From Nymphaea colorata (taxonomy: Eukaryota), in the NCBI RefSeq assembly GCF_008831285.2, contig NC_045138.2, positions 18,972,001 through 19,036,000 on the forward strand: a DNA stretch of 64,000 nt, written 5' to 3'. The translations under genes and the position numbers were made by a program. Shown piece by piece: positions 39,443 through 53,757 of this stretch. The notes beneath the pieces were generated by a model, which was not told the DNA's origin, made no database searches, and saw only the letters and a list, made by a program, of their open reading frames with translations. The first letter of the stretch is position 1; each line of letters begins with the position of its first letter.

Positions 39443-39782
39443 AACACCTAGGTGAGGTATAAAATCCAGACCCTTTGATTATGTTTTTTTTTAAATGATT
39501 TTTTGCAGTCTAACCATATTGATATGATCTTAAAATTGGGATGATGCAAAACATATTCTAAGTTAATCATTTGTTCGACTTTAATGGTATTTTTCTAATA
39601 AGAAAAAATAAATGGCCCCCATTAATAAAAAGAATCAACATTTTTCATTAAAACAACTTGAATCAAACCATGTTTTACATCAAAATAGTCTTCATAAATA
39701 TGTTAAGATGTTTATATTGTATTTAAAATAGTTTTTGAACAAAAAATCACTGGATCTGGTTCTTATCTTTGACCTAAGTGTC
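39443..39782. mobile_element. Foldback/MITE with long imperfect TIRs between two (TA)n tracts
   Basis: Left end acacctaggtgaggtataaaatccagacc matches the reverse complement of the right end, acacttaggtcaaagataagaaccagatc. Confidence 0.6.
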
Positions 39783-39796
39783 TGATTTTACCAATC

Positions 39797-39845
<49 letters not shown>

Positions 39846-42204
39846 CAATCTTGTTAGAAAACTGCTCGATTCAATCTTGCCTTCCATATTTATTCAAGTT
39901 AGAGGACCTCCCTTGCTACAAAACCTACCCACAACAAATATCCAATATGATTTTAAGGTTGAACATAAAATCTTATCCATCAAATCTATGAGCATTTCCA
40001 TTTAAAATCTACTTTATTCTATTCTTTCCCTTTGTTTATATAAATTCTAAACCCCCCTCTTAGGTTTAAGAGTAAAGAACAAAAGCGTTCATCCCAAGAT
40101 CAATAAAAAATGGACAATGGCCAATGCAGAACAATGTGAAAAGTAAATAAAGCTGGTGAGAACAGAAAAAAATAAAATAATGGGTTCTAGATCGACGAAA
40201 AAAAATATTTCTCACCGCAGAAGATTGAAGCCCCCAACCAACCCTTTATCCTTATAGGGTATGCTTTTGGTGTCTGGAGTGCCGCTCCTATCATATGTGA
40301 GTGACTCTTTTTTTGCAGCATAGAAAATTGATGTGGTGAGTAGTGGCGAAACCAGAATTTTTTTTTGAAATGGACATTACCCTAATTTAGATGTCGAGGA
40401 CTCACATACATAATACACCAAAGATTAAAAAATATTAATTAAAAATAGGTAATATTTAGCTCCACCTCTGACCTCTTGGATCCAACTAAGAAACTCCTTT
40501 GACGGGACCAAATAAAACTATCGATCACAAGCGAAGGCAGGAAACGGTAAGATCGTTTGCATTAATCTCCAAACTCATCCGCACTAGTTTCAAAGGTAGT
40601 TAAAAAATGAACTTCCTTAAATTTTAAATCTCCATTATTATTTTCATTTATTTAGACTTCAGCAATGTGCACAAAGCCGGTACATTAGACTCTAGAACAA
40701 TGTTGTAAAAGCGGACTGCGTCGCACATCATAGACCATAGTTTACATTATTAACAAAATATTTTCTTGTTTTCTTGTTTATAAATTTCATTTTTGGAAAA
40801 TAAATTCATGAGAATTTTGAAATTGGTGTATGTAATGCCCAATATAAAATTCATATATATGAGTAGTAATTTAAATGAAAGGGGTTGCGTCGAGCCTGAC
40901 CCCATCACTGACACACGTGCCGTTTTTTATAACGTTGCTTTAGATCTTGAATTCAGAAAATGTCAGACTTCGTGGTTGGACCTATCTAAGGGTGGGCACC
41001 TGTACCCGGCCTGGTTCAATTCTGTTCATAATTTATTTTTTAATATTATTATATTTAAATATATATAATTATATATATATGACTGTATACATTTTAAATT
41101 ATGTTAAAAATATATCTTTTATTTTAATTGAGCTGGCTAAGCTTAGGTTCGAATTGCAGGTAGTTGGATCGGGCTCAAGCTGCACTCACAGATTGCTGGG
41201 CAGCCTGAGTCAGACTCCATATTAGGTCAGCACGTTGTCTACACCAATTTCTAGCAATAAAAGTCATACGGCTGCTACATTTAATGTTTGAGTATCTTGC
41301 ACTCATGAATACCCTAAATTTTATCTGAAGTTATGAACGAGAAGGAAAGCCAGCCAGCTCAGAATATTTTAGTAAACTTTTGGTTCATTTGGAAGATAGC
41401 GTGAAGCAAACAACTATTTGGGTTTGAAAAAAATTAAGATGCAGTTCAGTGAAAAATAGAATTATGCTGCTAAGAAATAACTAAAACATGGTCATTGAAT
41501 GCTTGATGTTTCCAGTAATTTATTTTTTAGAATAATGTATTTTTATGTTCTATTAAATTTTCACAGCAAAAGAAGAAGAAGAATCCGCGTGTGGCGCAGG
41601 CTGCATATTTCCACCCCAATTTTGCTTACATGGTAAAATGATCGTTTAGCGTGGGCTTACATAGTTATAGAGAAAATAGCTTACTAAAAGTTGTTTTCAA
41701 TGAGTTTTTATCATTGGCATTTGATAAGAAGTGCATTTGTATGTATTATTGAAAAATACACATTCCGAGAATACGTATTTCAATAAAACTATATCTCATT
41801 ATAGGAAATATGTTATGACTATGCCGTGTGTTTGATTGTTAGATCTGGGAACAACATTCATGATCATATATATATAGCACTTTTTATTCTTTAGAATAAG
41901 AAAATGGTGCACTAAAACTTTTCTCATTTCATTTCAGCAAAGTAATGTTAGCAGAATTTTACCATCTTTTCCATTCAAAACTCATCAAGCAAGCACAGAA
42001 AAAAGTTGAAATTCAACTAATTATATTTTCCAAAAGAAAAAAAGCTACAGGATAAACACTCTTTTGTGATCTGAAAGACATAAACAATATATTACGTTTC
42101 ATTATAAAACATTCTCAGAAGTCACTGAATTATGGATCCAAATTAATGAGCTGGTTAGACTGTGGTTAGATTGTTTACATTAATCTCATCAACTTCTCTT
42201 CTTC

Positions 42205-42428
42205 GGGTGAGCGAGGGGATTATTCCACCGCCTCAAAAGCCTCCCCGTTCCCCCTGCCTCTGGGGTCCTGAGCTGCGTCGGTGTCCGTGATAGAACGGTG
42301 CACCCTTCAACTTGGATGCCGCGCCCTACCACCTTAAGACATTTTTAGTATAGCGCCCACGAGAATAGAACTAGAGACCTGCCATATACATGCTCCTAAC
42401 CTGACCAGCTAATCTATGGCCCTTGGGA
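42205..42428 (-). mobile_element. tRNA-derived SINE (~225 bp)
   Basis: Minus strand has box A-like TAGATTAGCTGG, box B-like AGTTCTATTCT and a GC-rich body. Flanked by imperfect direct repeats caacttctcttcttc (42190-42204) and caacttttttcttc (42429-42442). Confidence 0.6.
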
Positions 42429-44619
42429 CAACTTTTTTCTTCATAGTTGCATCTTTTGTGAAAAAAAAAAAAATCTTATATGCATCAATTTTGTGGCTGT
42501 TTTGGAGAATATGAATCTAATTTAAGCTCACCTACATTGTTGACATGGTTTTAAGAAAGCTGTTGTTTTCTTCTTCTTATTTTTTCTTCAAATACAAACC
42601 CATTCGAATGAATATCTGCATTTGGTGTTTCGGAGTGAGACGCTATAGTAGGTTGACGTCACAAGAGCTGAAACTGAAATCAACTACCTATCAGCCCCCG
42701 CTGTCCATTGCACCAACCTTTCACGGACGAATGCAAATCAAATCTTGTATTGAATGTTGAATGATTTCCATTTTTCAGCCATTCGTAGACAGCAAACACC
42801 AGCATTCAGAAATATTCATACACAAATGCTTTTACTGTTTGAACACTATGCAACGCAACAAAAGAAACTATAAACGATCGGATGGCTACCTTCCCTCAGT
42901 ATAATCTTTTCTTTTCCCTCTATCCAAACGTAGTTTTAAAAATGAGTCTCAATTTGCGTTCAAGTTTTCAATTGGATCTGAGACAAAGTTGGATCAGATA
43001 TCTATACTTGTATTCATTTATGCCTAGAATCAATTTCTCACACCTTCTACCCGTTTGGCTCACATTTTGATTCTTAGCCTTATGCATCTTAAGAACCCAA
43101 ATTTTCTTAAACGATGTTCGAGCTTCTCGCTCAGGTTACCTGAGAACAGGAATTGTGACCGGAGGAAGGAGGGAAGCTATCTATTTTCATGAGTTTCTGC
43201 CTTGAATGGAATAACTGCCATTGTTTTTTGTATCACTAAGCTTATGGAGGTGACTTGACAGTAAGAAGAACATAGGAAACGTCCAGCTCATGTTCATATA
43301 GGATTTTGTAACATGAAAAAGGTTCAAGTTGACGGTATATAGCTTCTTACAGAATCTTTACTGCCCATCAGAAAATCGTGATCGATCTAAGAATGGTATC
43401 GTAGTTGTTTAGATGTGGGGATCACATCTATGAACTTAACTTTGAAAAAAAGAAGTAAATCTTGCACCGCAAAGATTAAGCTAGAGAGTTTTGAAAAGTT
43501 CTTCAGGAAACGTCTTCTAGCACGTCCAGTCTTACAGGAACTGAGATGTAAGTGGCGTTAGAAATCAGGCCCTCTTTCGTTATCTCTCTCTCTCTGACAA
43601 CACCAAGAGAAGAAAACAAAGAAGAAGATACACGTATTTTACGTGATTGGTAGACAAGGTCCTCCTTCGTCCACGGCAACACAGAATTTTTCACTGTCAT
43701 AGAAGAATCAAAGAACAAGAATTTGCTCCCCTCTTAAACATAGGGATGAGGGAAAACCTGCAAAAGGGATAGTTGGATCCGCAGAAATTAGGGATATGTT
43801 ACACTACCCATTTAATCGACTTATATTTCCTTGGATGATATGATGATAACTTCTCATCCAACCAGTCATTCTTGGCCATGCCTAGATCCACTTGGAGTCC
43901 GATCGACCACTTTCAATCTTGAAGGAGAGCCGCTTTTCAGGACCTACATAAGTTAAAACCAGTGGACAAGACAATGATATATTGATTAGCTTTACTCCAG
44001 CAAACCCCTCAATCTGATTTCCTGCCCTTCTTTCTTTCTCTTTTGTTTTCTTGTGTTTCCTAGAATGTAGATTGAATGACCCACTTGCTTGAGTATGAGA
44101 TCCACCTTTATTGGCATCAAGATCTTTTGGTAAATAACCAAAAACTTCCCCAATAATTGGAACAGCGAAGAACAATTGCTAAATAGAAAGAGTTCTAAGC
44201 TCTTTGTATGTATCTTGTGCAAGGGATTGAGCAGATTCCATGATTTTGCCTCTTTTATTCCTGTCTAGTTGTGCAAGCAGTTTCTACATCATGACTGGGC
44301 CAGCTAGATCAGAGTCAATCCAAGGATCCTGATTTATTTTAATTTAAATTCAAAAGCAGCTGACAAGTGGGTACTCCATTTTTTGGTCATTTCCTTTGGT
44401 TCCTAGTAGATCTGCAGACTGGTGCTTTAATTAATATACAATTGCAGGAAGATCTTGCAAATCCTTGCCTTTGCGATCACTTGAATAAATAAACCAGCTC
44501 ATAAGTGATGCTGATTAAGTACGCAATCATTTGAAAGAGTTCGAGTTTGAAGATTAAATAATAAACCACAAAGACTTGGTTGTCTTTCGCAGCTTTTGGC
44601 AAAAGCTTAAGGTTTTATC

Positions 44620-44976
44620 CATTGTCACAAAAAACGCCGTTTTTTTTAAAAAAACGCGTATTTAACGCCAAAAACAGTTTTGCCGTATAATACCCGTATT
44701 ATTCCCGTTTTTTTAAAAAAAACGTCAAAAAACAAAAAACGCGTATAATACCCGTATAATACCCGTTTTTTGCCGTTATTTTCATTATTTTCCCGTTTTT
44801 TGCCGTTTTTTTATTAATTATTATTTTTTTTAATTTTTAAGATGTATTAAATGTTTAATTTTTTAAAAAAGTTTACCGAACTTTTTCCGTTTTATTCCCG
44901 ATATATAAAACTTTGCCGTATTATACCCGTTTTTTTCCTTGCCGTTTAATACCCGTCCCCGTTTTTTGTGACAATG
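44620..44976. mobile_element. hAT-family MITE, 357 bp, recent insertion
   Basis: Perfect 17-bp TIR CATTGTCACAAAAAACG, perfect 8-bp TSD GTTTTATC (44612-44619 / 44977-44984), and internal TAATACCCGT repeats. Confidence 0.95.
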
Positions 44977-47274
44977 GTTTTATCTCTCTTTTTCAGTTAC
45001 GTCATTCTATCAACATGTAAAAACTTAGATAGATCTGCTTTCAAATTGGTGGTTTTAGAGGCAAAAATACAGAAATAAAACAACTCATCTTAGCTTTTCT
45101 TAGGGTGCTGATGGGAGTCTCAGATCTTATATATTCAAAGTACTGCGATCTGATGCAATAGCACTTTTAGCAGAATGCTCGAGCCTCCTTTTCTGCTTGC
45201 AGTGACAAAACATCTGATATAAGAACAAATCAAGGAGGCTCTACTCCCAAATTCTCAGATCTCGAATCCGAGAAGTCTCATTTCAGATTATCATTGAGGT
45301 TATCAAGCTCCCCTTCAATGATTAACCCAGGTGTCGAATATTCTTTCTAGAATTCTCCAATCTCCTAAGCCATTGATGGCTTACAGTCCCAGCAGAGTCT
45401 AGAAATGTTCAAATAAACAACTATGGCTGTGGGTGCTAGTGCAGCACATCTCAAAAAACTTGGGTATATATATATTATTGTTTCTTAGCTTGATCTGTTA
45501 TTTAAAAAAGAGAGGGAGGAAGAAAAAGCGAGGGAAAAAACTTTTGAAAATAAACAGGAGCAGCTAGCGTGCATGTCAGAACCGCATCGACATGGGTGCT
45601 GCCCCTTTTTTAAAGAGTCTGTGTGACATAGATAAACAACTGTTTGATACTGCTCTTGGGTGTTTTCTTGCTTCCTTTCACCGTGTTGCTTCTGCCATTC
45701 CCTGGCCAAAACTTGACCCTCAGTTACTATTATCTTCTTGGATCATATCCCATGTTCAGTATTTGCCTGGCCCAGCTTGTAGTACCATCCAGTAAGAATT
45801 TATCTGCAGAAAGTGAGATGATCTGCAGTTGGGCCAACTTGTTCTAGCCCCATCATTTACTGTCCCCATTTCAATGGCCAATTGCTGACATCCAATGAGA
45901 CGCAGAACGTGCAGCGGGCCAACCCTGCTCCTGAGCCTTGTCATTGTTGAGGACAGCAGACCCACCATGCTGTGGACCCATAAGGTCCTGGCCTGCTACT
46001 TTTGGCTGTCTTCTATGGTCGACTCAGTGGATGTGACCCATGCCTCTGGGTCACTGCGCCATGATTACTCCAATGAAGGTGATTGATGCGGCAGCCATGG
46101 CCCAGAAGCTTCTTCCTGCAATGTAGAACAATGGGCCTGAGCAGCAATTGGGAGGGAAAGTATTGGGCATGAAACTATTTGATATAGAAAGTATTTCATC
46201 ACAGTACCAAATTCTGCTGTCACAATTAAATGCAAAATATCTGTGAAATATTCCGTTAATGAAGGCTATTAATATATCGGGTTTCATATAGTTTTCTAAT
46301 ATTTAAGAGCTATGGACCTGAATATATGTCTTTGTCAGGGCCAAACAGTGTATTCTACTGAAATGGATGACTGGAATTCTGCAGTTCGGAAATTCGTATA
46401 CATAGAAGGAGAAAAACAATGTTGGTTAAATGTCAAACATCTGCATTAGTTTATGTCTGAACCAGAGAAGCTTGCGATTAATTTTCTCTCTGTTTTCTTC
46501 TTGGGAAAAGGAAAAGCGTTCTGGGTACATTTGCCTGCAGGCTACAGGTGAAATGACTGTCGATCTGTAGGTGAAAAGAAAATGAGAACAATGCATAGAA
46601 ACAAACAGATCATGGCGACCTTATTGCAGATCATGTTAACTTATTGTAAAACATTTTACTGCAAAGACGCCGGCTGTCATATCCAAGTCCCCGTCCACTG
46701 CCTTTCCTAGTCCAGGGGAAAATCAAGGTGAACTTATACCTCCTTTTCACCTTTATTAAATTTGTTTGCTTTTGCAGAAAGATAAAACTCAGTGGTGATA
46801 TGAACAGCTTATTTAGAAATCAGTATAAGAAAAAATTCTTATCGAATGAGGGCTAGCAACTCATATCTTTAAGTGTACTAAGTTAAAAATATCAAGAATC
46901 AAGTTTAACGCAAGCAAATTGGATTTAATCCGCAGCCTGGCCAGTTCGATTTAATTTCCAATCTTTACAACACTAACAGGAGCGGTGCTTGGGGGTGGCA
47001 GGGGTCCACGGTCCGCCCTCAAATTTTGAAAAAAACAAAACAAAATTTACCACCTAATAGTTTGAAAATTTTTAACTTGGCTCCGGTAACAATTTTGAAA
47101 AACATTGTTTGGCTCCTATAAAAATTTGGAAAATACTACTTGGCATCTTCAATAAAAAAATTCTGGCTCCACCTCTAAACGCTAGCCACATAAACCCGAA
47201 CTTGGTGTCAATTGATGCATTGCAAAGCCGACAGTTAGATCTTAATATTAAGATCGAACATAATGTATATAGAC

Positions 47275-47662
47275 TATGGATGTCATCAGATTGTATTTGA
47301 ATCAGATATACTCTTAATTGTTTATCATTTTCAGATATTTGTATATTCAGAATCAAATTCGAATTTGAATATGAACAAAGAAAAGTAATAACTGTGTCTG
47401 AATCCAATTTTTACATTCATATCTAAATCCAAATCTGAATTTTGAACCGAATTCAAGATATAAGAGAATTAGATATATGGTATTTGTTTAAAAATAAATC
47501 ATATCTGAATTCACAGCTGAATCTGATCAAATATTTATGCATATCTGAATCCGAATCCAAATCTAATAGGATGTTATTTCTAATCCGATTCCTTAATCGA
47601 ATATTGATTTGTTTTTTTTTCATGTCCTAATTTTTCTTCAAACAGAGATATTGGCATCCCTA
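47275..47662. mobile_element. hAT-family MITE, 388 bp
   Basis: TIR TATGGATGTCA vs TAGGGATGCCA (9/11), 8-bp TSD ATATAGAC/ATATAGAT, and aatccg/atctga subterminal repeats. Related ends at ~9802, 15742, 19610 and 57387. Confidence 0.8.
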
Positions 47663-49422
47663 ATATAGATACTTCAATTACTCCAAGTCAGCTGTTGAAC
47701 CACGTGAAGGCCTGGGGATTGAACATGGATTTGTTTAATCGGATCCAGGTTAACGATCCGTCCACATCCCTCTGCAGCAAGACAGATCTTTGTGCTGGCT
47801 CTCACGGTTGGGTGGTCGTCCTCACAAGGGAACATGGCCATTAATGAATCGGTCTTCTTCTTCCTACAGGAACAACAAGTAACAACCCATGGAGCGTCTC
47901 CTCCGCAGATGCATCGGACCTTTCTTCTCATACTGTTGATCCCAGGGCCTTGTCAGTAATGGTTGTCTTCTTTTAACTGTCAGTTATTTGGTTGCATTCT
48001 TTCAGATTCTTTATCTTTTCTGACGAAGACAAGATAAGAACAAATTTACCTTACAGAACTGTCCTATTCTACGCTCCCCTTTTAAAAGTTTTTAACCGCA
48101 ATGTATCTCAAAAGAAAAGTCGTCCCAGCGGCGGCTCCGGTGACCAACTCAGTAACTTCAGTACTGGGTCGTCAAGTTTGCTTGTTTCTTCTAATGTAGT
48201 AGTGACTCAAAAATTAAAAGATGACTAACTTTGCGATATCCTTTTAAATGGTTTGTTGGTGCATGACAAGTGGTTTCTATCATTAGTTTTATTCTCGTGG
48301 GTGTTAATCTTCTGTATCAGAAGATAAAAACAATTAGTTTTATTCTCGTGGGTGTTAATTTTCTGTGTAAGATAAAAACAAGTAGATGAGCGGAAACCCT
48401 TGTATTTGGGGTTTTACTCTGCCAAAGCCAGAAACAAAGCCTCTTAGCCTTGATGGAGACCCAGCCTCAAAAAAATTAACTCGTGAATGCATTTTAAGTG
48501 TGCATAAAGATGCAAACTTGCTGAATCTCGGTTCATTGGCAAGCCTACTTGCATATCATTATACACAAGAAAAACTTAGCTTAGCATAGTTGGTTGGACT
48601 GGCAGACCAGTGAAAGTTAGTCGTCAGTTTGATTTTCATATGTGCTACTCCTCAAGGGCATACTGAACTTTAGTTGATAGTTTGGATAGGTACAAGGGGT
48701 AAAAACTAATGACATATAAGGTTCTAAAGAGCAACGTAGACCAACTCCCCTCTTTCATATTTAACCAAACCACGCTGCACCAACTTCTCTTTTCTTATTT
48801 TGACCGACAACAAGTCATATTCTACTGTGGACCAAATTCCCCATCTGTGTTCCACCCAAACTAGGCCAGCTTAGCCCCGGCTTAAGCCGTAAATAACCAG
48901 CCCGAGCTGGGTTCACCTCAATCGAAGGGAGCTCGAGCTCAAGCGCGGCTCAGCTAAGCTAGTGAGCTCAGACCATGTGGTTCGAGCTAATTTCCCTAGC
49001 CGAGTCGAGCTTAGATGGATGAACCTCATTGCTCCTTGGATACCCTTTCTCCCTCTTGTGGTCGCCCATAGGTTGAGCAGAGAATGAAGCACCGAGAGAC
49101 GCCATACTTCTTCTGCGTTGCATGTGGGGAATTGATGACGGGAGTCTTGGTTCTTTGTCAATACGTGCAAGAAAGGAAGACTGATTTCCAGCCTCCTTCG
49201 TCTTCGCACCGCACATCCCTTTGCCCTTTTATGCCAAGGAGCAAAAGGGGAAGTAGGAAGCGCCATCATCTGCCTGTCACTCTTTTTTCATTCAAAGCCA
49301 AAATCATGTCACATGGGCAGGCCCCATCCGGGGAATCGGTGGCCTCGTCTCCTCTCAAATCTCTGCTTTCTTTCCCGCCCCTCTTGTTCTTACTCTTTTC
49401 ATTAACAGTTTTTATCCCATCA

Positions 49423-49566
<144 letters not shown>

Positions 49567-49569
49567 TAA

Positions 49570-50145
49570 AATATGACCTAAGAGTAGTTCAGTGAGGAAC
49601 ATATATTAGGTTAGTCTTTTTTCTTTACTTTTAAGAATGTTTTCCTAATACTTGAAAGAAACGCCTCTTGTCTCATTAAAATTTTGGTAGTGGAAAATCT
49701 TTTTTTTTTTACAAAAGTACTTTGAACTAAAACATAATTTATATTAAATTAGTATTTATAAATACATTAAGAAGTTCACATTTTGAATACTTTTTAACAC
49801 AATTTTAAGAGGTCTTGTTTTTATCTGTTGCTCAAATGGTCTCCTATTTACCAATCTCTCTCACTATATATATGTTGTGTAAGCAATAGAAACATGATCT
49901 CTTAAATTCATATTAGAAAGTGTTTTAAAGAGAATGTGAAACTTCTCATGCGTTTATAAACAATAATTTAATATAAATCATTTAGTTCAATTCATGTTTG
50001 TAAAAAAAATTGATCTTTCTATTATAAAAATTTTTGCTGTTATAAGAACAGATCATTTTTTTATTATTAAAAAAACATTATTAAAAGAGAATGACTAACT
50101 TAACAACTGTTTTTCGTCAAATCATTCTTAACATCATATCTATAA
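49570..50145. mobile_element. AT-rich foldback element with ~270-bp inverted arms
   Basis: ~49570-49835 is an imperfect reverse complement of ~49875-50145. For example ttgaactaaaacataatttatattaaatta pairs with taatttaatataaatcatttagttcaa. Confidence 0.8.
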
Positions 50146-50223
50146 GGTTAGATTACAAAAATTATTTGAATAATTAATTTTAGTGAGTTTGGATTTTTGT
50201 TTTTTATCCACAGGCTTGGTATA

Positions 50224-50337
<114 letters not shown>

Positions 50338-51323
50338 ATTCACGTGTAGGGTACATGTGATACCGTTTAATATGGGAGCCACTCATTTAGAATTCAGTGT
50401 TGGATCATGGAGGGATGACGACGAGTAACGGAAAGAAGAGTCCCCATGTGAGAAATCATTGACGTGTTTGGTGGATGGATATGGTCTACTAACTAGCAAA
50501 TAGAATAATGAAAGCTTTTGCGTGCACCTTGATCCCTTTTGTTTTTCTATCTTAGGGTAGGTAAGTCAACCGATCATTAGGGCCATGAAGGGTTCATAGG
50601 TTTGAACCCAGTACAGGGACGTAGGCCTAACAGCTGGGCTCGGCCCTTGCTGAGCTGCAGGGGGCATCCTTTTTCCACGGCGCGACTTAGCTTTACGTGA
50701 TTGACTCGAGTTGGAGAGGGACCCATTCCAGGTTGGTTTGAGCAATTTTCTGCGCCTTGACCCACCTGCCTGAGTTAGTACAGCTCATATGCTCAACTAG
50801 CTTGTTATGTTATTATATTAGGTTGTCGTTATGGCAGGTTGATCCAGTCTGTTTGCTTTGGTTGGAAATGTCCAAAAGTAAACAACTAGACATGTATAAT
50901 CAAGAAAAATGGTGCGACACTTGTCCAACTTTGGAGTGGCCTATACTCGAAGATCCCGGGATGATGTGGGAGGCCGCACAGCCGGTAGGTCGGCACAGAC
51001 TGCAGTTCAAATCCCATGGGCATTCTCCAGTGGCGGAGCAACATGTGGGCTGGTGTGGGCATTTGTCCACACAGTCCCACAAAATTTCTTAAATTAGATA
51101 TCAACACCGTCAAATATTTATTCATTTACACATATTGGTGCCCCTTAAAATCTAAAATTCTTTACTCAGTGCCCGTCATTCCGTCAATCTAAATTTTTTT
51201 GCTCTACCACTTGTATCAAATATTGCCGCAAGTTGGAACAAAGTGTGTGTGTGTGTGTGTGCATTATATATGCTCTCCAAGAATTCTACCACTGCTTTCA
51301 AACAGTGTTTCAGTAATCTTAGA

Positions 51324-51452
51324 GGCCGTTTGACAGCGGTAATCCATTGTTACATTCTCATAAATCTGTCTCAAAAAATTAAGGAGATACATAAAAAACT
51401 ATAACAAATGTTTTCGTGAATCTGCTTTACATGTTATTGTTGTCAAACAGCC
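51324..51452. mobile_element. Tourist/PIF-like MITE
   Basis: TIR GGCCGTTTGACA / TGTCAAACAGCC (11/12). Confidence 0.55.
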
Positions 51453-53757
51453 ATTCATGGATAATTGACATTTATTTACAATGTCACTGCTTTCTGCTGA
51501 ACATGATGACAACCTTCTCTCTTTTGGCAAAGTTTGGATACTATTTATTGAGACCAGACCCATAACTTTTGCCTGAGATTAAGGCTTACCACTTTATTCA
51601 TTTTGGCACCAGGTTGATCTGTGCTTTCTCTTGAAATGTGTGAACAACATGCCAGGAGTTCAACTAACAAAACAGTAGCGGAGCCAGGAATTTGTGTTTG
51701 ATGAGCACTAATACAAGAAATTTTAGATTTACAGGGCACCAACATGTAATAAACTAAACCATGTGGAGGATTAACCATTAATGTGAATACAGGAATTTAT
51801 GTGGCTGCCCATGCCTAGCTCTATGTGGATCATGCACATCTAAGTCCAGCAGATCTAGCTGATCCACTTGTCGACATGAAGCGAGCGCCACGTCTGCTGT
51901 TGGCCGGTTACCTCGAAGCGGCCGAAGCCCCTCTCTCTTTCTCCCTGGCCAGTGAGAAGAACACAACCACTTGAGATGCTTGCTTTGTGGTAGACAAGGA
52001 TTTGATCTGGAAATGCATGAGAGGGATAGGGGGTGACTGATCAAAGAAAAGGAGATCTTAGACTGAGCACACCACAAGAAATAAAGTGAGGATTATGGGG
52101 ACAGGAAAAGGGTTTATGCAGACTATGTGGGTCCAAGAGCAATTTAAGATTAGAATTAGCCTCTTAAAGTACTTGGAAGCGCGAAAACTATGTGTTTCTT
52201 TCACATTCATGAAGCCATCAGAAGATGACATTTCAATAATGGAATTGGAAGTTTTGTCTCCATGAGATGAAAATGAACTATCTTCATCTTGAACTTGAAC
52301 TTCTCTTTTCATGTTAAAACTTTGTACTTTCTCTTGGAATTCAGTTTTTGTGTTGTAAACCCTAACTGAGTAGTAAATATTCTGTACAGTGAAGGCCTAG
52401 AGTTCATTTTAAGTGAAGAGACGTCTCTAGCTACAGTTTTATGTTTGGCACCTGAACTCACTTGTGCTTCTCAAACAGCTTCCTGGTCCACCCGTCCAGT
52501 CACAGTCAGTCTTTGAATGATGGTTTCTCCAGTATTGTTCTGAGCAATGTTGGTTCTCCAAGTCGTATCGGAATTGAACGATCCGCTGGATCCACAATAC
52601 ATATGGGCCTGTATCGGCCTACGATTGGCTTTGTATCAGCTGAGATCTGAGGCTCGGCTTTTGCTTCTCTTTGCCTATATGGTGCGTATCGGTAGATGGA
52701 ACGATACGCACTCTTTCACATCCGGTTCTCCATCTTGTAACAGGGACCACAAAGATGAAATCCACTAAGTTTTTCTCATGACCAATGTTGTGAAAAACAG
52801 TTTGCTAATCGAATCCGTAACTACTGATTCCAGGAATCAGCTGATCCTGCAATTCAACTGAATCGGTTGTGAATCGATAAAAGGAAAGATATATAAAATA
52901 ATTGAAATTTTTTGAAAATTATAAAGACAATTAGAATTGCCACCAATTCGAATTCGAATGGGCCGACCCTGATGAAATTGCCGCTAAACTTTATTTTATA
53001 ACCGATAAGAAGATCTGCTTCTCGCAGTACAGATCCGCAACTGAACAGAGATCCTATAACGACCCAATCTCAGCATCTAAGCATGCAAATCCGCCTTCTC
53101 ATGTTGCATGTTGATCCGTTCAAATTGTCAGAATGGTCTGAGTTGAAACGTCTTCTTCGGATATCTTGTACAGATTTTGAGTGCACATTGTTTGCAGATT
53201 GTGAGTGGGAAAAAAAGTGATCTACTGCTATTGTACTACCGTAAAAAACGGAAGATAGATGAGAAAACCGAAGTTATTAGATAGATTTTCTTCTCAATCA
53301 TAGAGTTTCGGGGTCCATCTTGGGTACGTCCCAAACCCCAGAAATATGTCCTCCCAATCATGTAAAAGTTAATGGTTTCAGAGATTCTGTGGGTGCTTCC
53401 GTTTTGTAGTTTCCCACAAGAAAGAATGATGTATTTATTCTTCCGCAGAGGACCTGTATAATTCCGTGTAAGTTGCTGTAATTTGGGGATTGATGATGAC
53501 AGTGGTCAGTGCTGTTGTTAACGAAGTGAGAACTATTAACAAAGGGAAGGAATTTCAATGGTTAAAAAGAAAAAGGAAGGAAAGAAAAGTCATAAAAGTG
53601 GAGATGACATAAGATTTGGACCCATCCGGGAATCTCATTCCCAGGGCCAGCAGTTTTAAATGCAAGAAAAGGCCACCTATGAGGCTCCCCGACATCTTTG
53701 CCTCAATTTCTAATCCTCTGTGGCGCAGAATAAGGAGGAAATTAAGGCCTAGATCCT

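Noticed and set aside
44690..44960. Regular short repeats superficially like a CRISPR or iteron array
   Set aside because: Eukaryotic context with no unique spacers; these are subterminal repeats of a hAT MITE.
45915..45940. CTCCTGAGC resembling a miR390 site (TAS3-like), with a weak hairpin to ~46027
   Set aside because: Only ~9 contiguous matches, no second site and no tasiARF sequence nearby.
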